This document shows, one piece after another, positions 10,617 to 15,412 of a stretch of 15,412 bases of DNA. The position numbers were made by a program, and so were the translations under genes. Numbering within the stretch: position 1 is the first letter of the stretch; each line of letters begins with the position of its first letter. This DNA is from Eledone cirrhosa (Eukaryota): positions 1-15,412 of the forward strand of contig CAXHJY010000172.1 in assembly GCA_964016885.1 (NCBI GenBank), written 5' to 3'. Below the pieces are notes generated by a model. It saw only the letters and a list, made by a program, of their open reading frames with translations, was not told the origin of the DNA and did not search any database.

Positions 10617-10734
10617 ATATTTATTAAAATAACAGATTAAAGTTTAAGCAAAGAATTGCTGCTTTCACCCTTAACGTTAAGGGTGAAAGCAGCAATTCTT
10701 TGCTTAAACTTTAATCTGTTATTTTAATAAATAT
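10617..10734. repeat. Perfect 118-bp spacerless palindrome
   Basis: Centre CCCTTAAC|GTTAAGGG at 10675/10676; 59-bp arms identical. Confidence 0.97.
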
Positions 10735-10752
10735 ATATATATATATATATAA

Positions 10753-10921
10753 TGTAGGAGGTGAGTTTTATTGTAGTACAATAAAGCAATGCAGATATCG
10801 GATAAGTAGCACTCTACAGTTTGTGGGACTGGAGTATGAATAATATAAGATCAAAAGATGGTGAAAGATGGTGAAATGCGCATAATAAAATACATGAACT
10901 CCTTTAACCATCTTTTGATCT

Positions 10922-10928
<7 letters not shown>
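10753..10928. mobile_element. Penelope-like pLTR fragment, family A, with internal inversion
   Basis: Minus-orientation 3' end (10753-10867) joined to a plus-orientation piece starting at GAAATGCGCATAATAAAATAC. Confidence 0.75.
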
Positions 10929-10986
<58 letters not shown>

Positions 10987-11069
10987 GTGTATGTGTGTGT
11001 GTATACATATATATATATATATATTATATGTAGTGTGTATATGTATATATATATATATATTATATGTAA

Positions 11070-11105
<36 letters not shown>

Positions 11106-11150
11106 CACATAATATATATATAATATAATTATATATATATATATATATAA

Positions 11151-11616
11151 TTATATGATGCCTGTGTAAGGAGCGTGATGCTGCATTGTAGTGAGACATG
11201 GGCAGCAACTGCAGAGGATATACAATGGGTGGAGAGAAATGAGGCAAGCATGCTCCGTTGGAGTGAAATGTCAATGTGCGTGAACGACCGAGCATGGATG
11301 TGTTGAGAGAGAAACTGTGTCTGGGAAGGATAAATTGTAGTGTGCGAGAGAGGAGCCTGAGATGGTATGGACATGTGATGCGCATGACGGATGACCGATG
11401 GGTGAAGAAGTGCCAAGAAATGCCAGTTGAAGGAAGACGTGGTAGAGGTAGACCACGAAAAACATGGGCAGAGCGGAGGTGGTGAGAGCTGACCTCAGAT
11501 CGCTGAAACTCACGGTGAAGATGACGAAGGACCGTGGCAAGTGGAGAGATGCTGTGCTGAATAGGACCCGTCCCACCCTTGCAAGCAGGGAAAAGCGGAC
11601 GCAAAATGATGATGAT
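11151..11616 (+). mobile_element. 5'-truncated RTE-clade LINE (ORF C-terminus, two frameshifts) with (GAT)n tail
   Basis: [17 protein letters not shown]...[10 protein letters not shown] / [10 protein letters not shown]...[14 protein letters not shown] / DRGKWRDAV are typical post-RT motifs of RTE elements. Confidence 0.92.
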
Positions 11617-11628
11617 ATATTATATATA

Positions 11629-11680
<52 letters not shown>

Positions 11681-11929
11681 CACATTCATATTCATAAACA
11701 CACAATCATATTATATATACACATTTATAAACACACAATGACAATATATGTTGTATATATCTGTATATTCCTCTGCTCAACCCTACCCCAGAGTAACCCC
11801 CCCCCCCCCCTCCCCCACAGTACCCTACACCACCACCCTATACCAGAACAACCCCCCACCACCCCCTCACCCCACCACCAATACAGCCCCCCCCAAACCA
11901 CACCCTACCACACCACCCCACCTTTTCAG

Positions 11930-11985
11930 ATCCTCAGCCAAAAAATCAGCACTTTAGATTATGATCTTATCTTCTCTACTGTGAA
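11930..11985 (+). other. Candidate 56-nt exon (ILSQKISTLDYDLIFSTV)
   Basis: ccttttcag| acceptor, |gtgaga donor, single open frame, unique island between simple repeats. Confidence 0.3.
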
Positions 11986-12385
11986 GTGAGAGAGAGATGA
12001 AGATGCTGAGAGAGATAGAGTGTGTGTATATAGGAGAGAGTGAGAGAGAGTGTATATAGGAGAGAGGGAGAGAGAGTGTATATAGGAGAGAGGGAGAGAG
12101 AGTGTATATAGGAGAGAGAGAGAGTGTGTATAGGAGAGAGGGAAAGAGAGAGGGAGAGTGTATGTGTATAGGAGGGAGGGAGAGAGAGTGTGTATATAGG
12201 AGAGAGGGAGAGAGAGTGTGTAGATAGGAGAGAGAGAGAGAGAGCGTATATAAGAGAGAGAGAGAGTGTATATAGGAGAGAGAGAGAGAGAGAGAGCGTA
12301 TATAAGAGAGGGAGAGAGTGTGTAGATAGGAGAGAGAGAGTGTGTGTATATAGGAGAGAGGGAGAGAATGTGTGTGTGTGTATAC
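11986..12385. repeat. GA-rich degenerate minisatellite (TATAGGAGAGAG...GTG)
   Basis: Direct inspection. Confidence 0.9.
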
Positions 12386-12452
12386 ATGGATATACTTGTA
12401 ATATATATATGTTTATGTGAATAGGAGATAGTGTGTATATATGATATACTTG

Positions 12453-12500
<48 letters not shown>

Positions 12501-12503
<3 letters not shown>

Positions 12504-12930
12504 TAGAAGGGGTATTTAATTTGTTGGAAGTCTGACAAACATAAATGTTTATAACTGATTTAGAGCACTCAACAAGCTACTGGAGTAAATATTCAATGAT
12601 ATTAAATAAATGGAAACTATATTTATAAAACCATATTTATTTTATTATATGCAAAATTTTATTTAAAATTGTTGGGTTACAACGAGTAAATATTTTATAA
12701 CTGATATAAAGCACTCAACAAGTTTTGGAGTAGATATACCAAACCAACTTTTTTAAATGGAAGTTGATCAATATTTTATGGTACATCAAATTTATTTATA
12801 AAACTGCTTATATATTGTATTTTATCTGAAGAAGGCATGCCATATTTTTAATATGGTATCCCTGAAATATGTATAATGAAATAGATATGGTTTTATAAAT
12901 ATAGTTTCCATTTGTTTAATATCGTATTTT
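12501..12930. mobile_element. Composite of Penelope-like pLTR fragments, family B
   Basis: Duplicated TTTATAACTGAT..AGCACTCAACAAG; 12598-12641 inverted relative to 12879-12923; contains a hammerhead. Confidence 0.7.
12818..12883 (+). ncRNA. Complete minimal type I hammerhead ribozyme motif
   Basis: Stem I TATTTTAT/ATGAAATA; CTGAAGA 12826-12832; stem II AGGcATGCCATATT/AATATGGTATcCCT; GAAA 12864-12867; AUA triplet 12873-12875. Confidence 0.88.
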
Positions 12931-13192
12931 ATTATATATATTTCAAGGGCGGTGAATTGGCAGTATCGGTAGAGGGTCGGACGCCATGCTTTGTAGCATA
13001 GAGTTACGTCCCTTTACGGTCCGAGTTCAAATCCCGCCGAGGTTAACTTTGCCTTTCTTCCTTACGGGGTCGATAAAATAAAGTACCAGTAATACACTGG
13101 GTATTTGCTGGCCTTGTGCCTAAAGTAGAAACAATTATAGATATTTCAAGGGTACCAAGACAACATTGGTACGCTTTCATCAGATAAAATAC
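12924..13192 (-). ncRNA. Type I hammerhead motif interrupted by the SINE
   Basis: Removing the SINE and one TSD gives GTATTTTAT-CTGATGA-AAGcGTACCAA tgttgtc TTGGTACcCTT-GAAA-TATATA-TA-ATAAAATAC. Confidence 0.85.
12948..13133 (+). mobile_element. tRNA-derived SINE (Meta/MESC-like central domain) with target-site duplication
   Basis: A-box-like TGGCAGTATCGG, B-box GAGTTCAAATCC, GCCTTTCTTCCTTACGGGGTCGATAAAATAAAGTACCAG; direct repeats ATTATA(T/G)ATATTTCAAGGG at 12931-12949 and 13134-13152. Confidence 0.88.
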
Positions 13193-13497
13193 ATAGTTTG
13201 TTTTATAAATAGAGACATACCCATGAAAAACATACCTTATCGGTTGGAAATTCACTGGATAGTGGAAATATATTAGGGATTATTCAAACTTATGTGTGAA
13301 TATGCAAATGAATATGTAAATAATTGAAAAACAACCGTTTATTTAAACGACACTGGAGAGAGAGAAGATATAAGGGGATAAAGATAAAAAATATTACGAG
13401 AGAGATAGAGAGAAGAAATAAACAAGAGAAGATATATATACATGTATATATACACACACGCTCTCTTCTATACACATATATATATATATATATCATA

Positions 13498-13970
13498 AAT
13501 CATGTCCTTAGAATCACTAGATAAAATCTATACCATTTCTTCTCCCAATTAGCATAACTAACCATATAAAAAATCAATTAGACCAAGCTATAAGAATAAA
13601 GGCTCCTATGAAGAAATTTTCGACAAATAACTGAAAGCGGACATAATATGTTATTGGATGTCTAAAAATACGGATGAAACCATGGTAGAGATATAATTAC
13701 GGTATGTACACATTTCTTCCAAGTTTGAATTTACACCTAATTGTGTATGGTTGACGGTATATTTAGTCAGTTTCCACATGCTGTTGAAATGTTGGATAAA
13801 TACTCTATTGGGGCCACCGCGAAAAGGCTGCTTTCGGTTATTTGTCGAAAATTTCTTCATAGGAGCCTTTATTCTTATAGCTTGGTCTAATTGATTTTTT
13901 ATATGGTTAGTTATGCTAATTGGGAGAAGAAATGGTATATATTTTATCTAGTGATTCTAAGGACATGATT
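13498..13970. repeat. 141-bp inverted repeat with 191-bp spacer (MITE/fold-back-like)
   Basis: 13498-13638 versus 13830-13970, two mismatches. Confidence 0.93.
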
Positions 13971-14093
13971 ATTGATATATTGCTCTGATTATTTAATTTA
14001 TTAATTCTTCATTGAGCCACAACGTGACCAGTTGCAAAACATATATATCTATGACTTTATGTATATGTAAACCTTTATATTTTATATAAATAT

Positions 14094-14150
14094 TCGTCTA
14101 ACCCATGCTAGCGTGGAAGAACGGACGTAAAACGGTGATGATGATGATGA
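14094..14150 (+). mobile_element. Short 3' tip of the RTE-tailed SINE
   Basis: CGTCTAACCCATGCTAGCGTGGAAGAACGGACGTAAAACGGTGATGATG. Confidence 0.8.
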
Positions 14151-14171
14151 TATATATATATATATATATAT

Positions 14172-14361
14172 TCCCAGTTCCACACTGTAAATGTGGTTGG
14201 TGTTAGCAAGGGCATCCAGCCATAGAAAACCTGCCAGATAGTCCTATATGAGCGAGACACGGTCACCCGACCAACCTTGCCTCAAGTGGGACAACTCCCG
14301 TCTAACCCATGCTAGAGTGGAAAATGGACGTTAAACGAAGATGATGATGATGATGATGATG
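14172..14361 (+). mobile_element. RTE-tailed SINE-like 3' portion
   Basis: Homologous to 5297-5482 and 460-644. Confidence 0.85.
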
Positions 14362-14412
<51 letters not shown>

Positions 14413-14594
14413 TATGGGTATAGAAGAGAGCGCATGTGTATATACTGTACATGGTGAACTTGTAATATATATGCCTAGTACCATTGCCTGTTTCCTACCT
14501 AGCTATCCTGTATATGCCTAACATATTTGCACTCTCTATACGCTTGCATATGTACTGCTAATGTCCTCGTTTTACGAGTAACTTTCTGCCTTAA

Positions 14595-14710
14595 TGCCTC
14601 TTTAATTGTTATACTATTCTCTTGTAATCTCTGTCACATCCATTCCACTCTGTGCCTCTTTAATTGTTATACTATTCCCTTGTAATCTCTGTCACATCCA
14701 CTCCATTCTG
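14595..14710. repeat. 58-bp direct tandem duplication
   Basis: TGCCTCTTTAATTGTTATACTATT at 14595 and 14653. Confidence 0.95.
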
Positions 14711-14806
14711 TAAATATGAAACTGTTGATGACAACATTAATATATATGTATCTATATGATTGTTCTGTCGAATAGGAAGTTTAATTATATGTCTAAACTT
14801 TGCTAG

Positions 14807-14853
14807 TGCTCTGATGATTCCATACCAAAGTTTGGAAGAAACGATTTTCAGCA
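14807..14853 (+). ncRNA. Type I hammerhead motif with decayed stem III
   Basis: TGCT-CTGATGA(14811-14817)-TTCCATAC CAAA GTTTGGAA-GAAA-CGATTT-TC-AGCA, followed by AATAAA. Confidence 0.65.
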
Positions 14854-14963
14854 ATAAAATGTTTTGAGCATAGTTTTGATTATTGTGTAATTTATATCTT
14901 TATGTATATAGAAGAGAGAGAGAAAGTGTATATAAGATATACACTTTCTCTCTCTCTCTCTTC

Positions 14964-14994
<31 letters not shown>

Positions 14995-15016
14995 CTTATA
15001 TATATGTATATCTTCT

Positions 15017-15047
<31 letters not shown>

Positions 15048-15269
15048 GTGTTTATGTGAATAGGAGAGAGTGTGTATAAGAAAGTGTGTACATGCGATAT
15101 GTATGTATATATATCTCTATATATATATATATATATATAATTATTTATTTATACATTGTAGTTATGAATGTGTATCAATGTGCATATGTATGTATATGTG
15201 TATATATATACACACACATACATATATATATATATATAGATATATATATTGAAGTTTTTCTATATTAAA

Positions 15270-15383
<114 letters not shown>

Positions 15384-15412
15384 ACACACACTCACATATA
15401 TATATATATATA

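Noticed and set aside
10921-11604. 227-aa minus-strand ORF
   Set aside because: Antisense of the RTE fragment plus microsatellite
11924-11937. Minus-strand CTGAGGA-TCT-GAAA
   Set aside because: Only 3 nt between the boxes and no stems I or III
13651-13860. 69-aa ORF inside the inverted repeat
   Set aside because: Short, with no recognisable transposase or RT motif

Overview
AT-rich, microsatellite-saturated eukaryotic non-coding DNA, most likely intronic or intergenic sequence from a coleoid cephalopod (octopus-like; inferred from the SINE types and (TA)n/(GAT)n load). No intact protein-coding gene is visible, and almost all listed ORFs are microsatellite artefacts. The main signal is a dense set of minimal type I hammerhead ribozyme motifs (CUGANGA-stem II-GAAA-short stem III-NUH): seven with both core boxes and several truncated halves. 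They sit in short Penelope-like terminal-repeat fragments from several families, mostly embedded in (TA)n. Two long palindromes are centred where hammerhead stem II would be, several truncations map to stem II, and one hammerhead is split by a SINE insertion. Also present: RTE-clade LINE fragments, an RTE-tailed SINE family, two tRNA-derived SINEs, a hAT-type MITE relic, 123-bp and 73-bp tandem arrays, several long inverted repeats and a few weak candidate exons.
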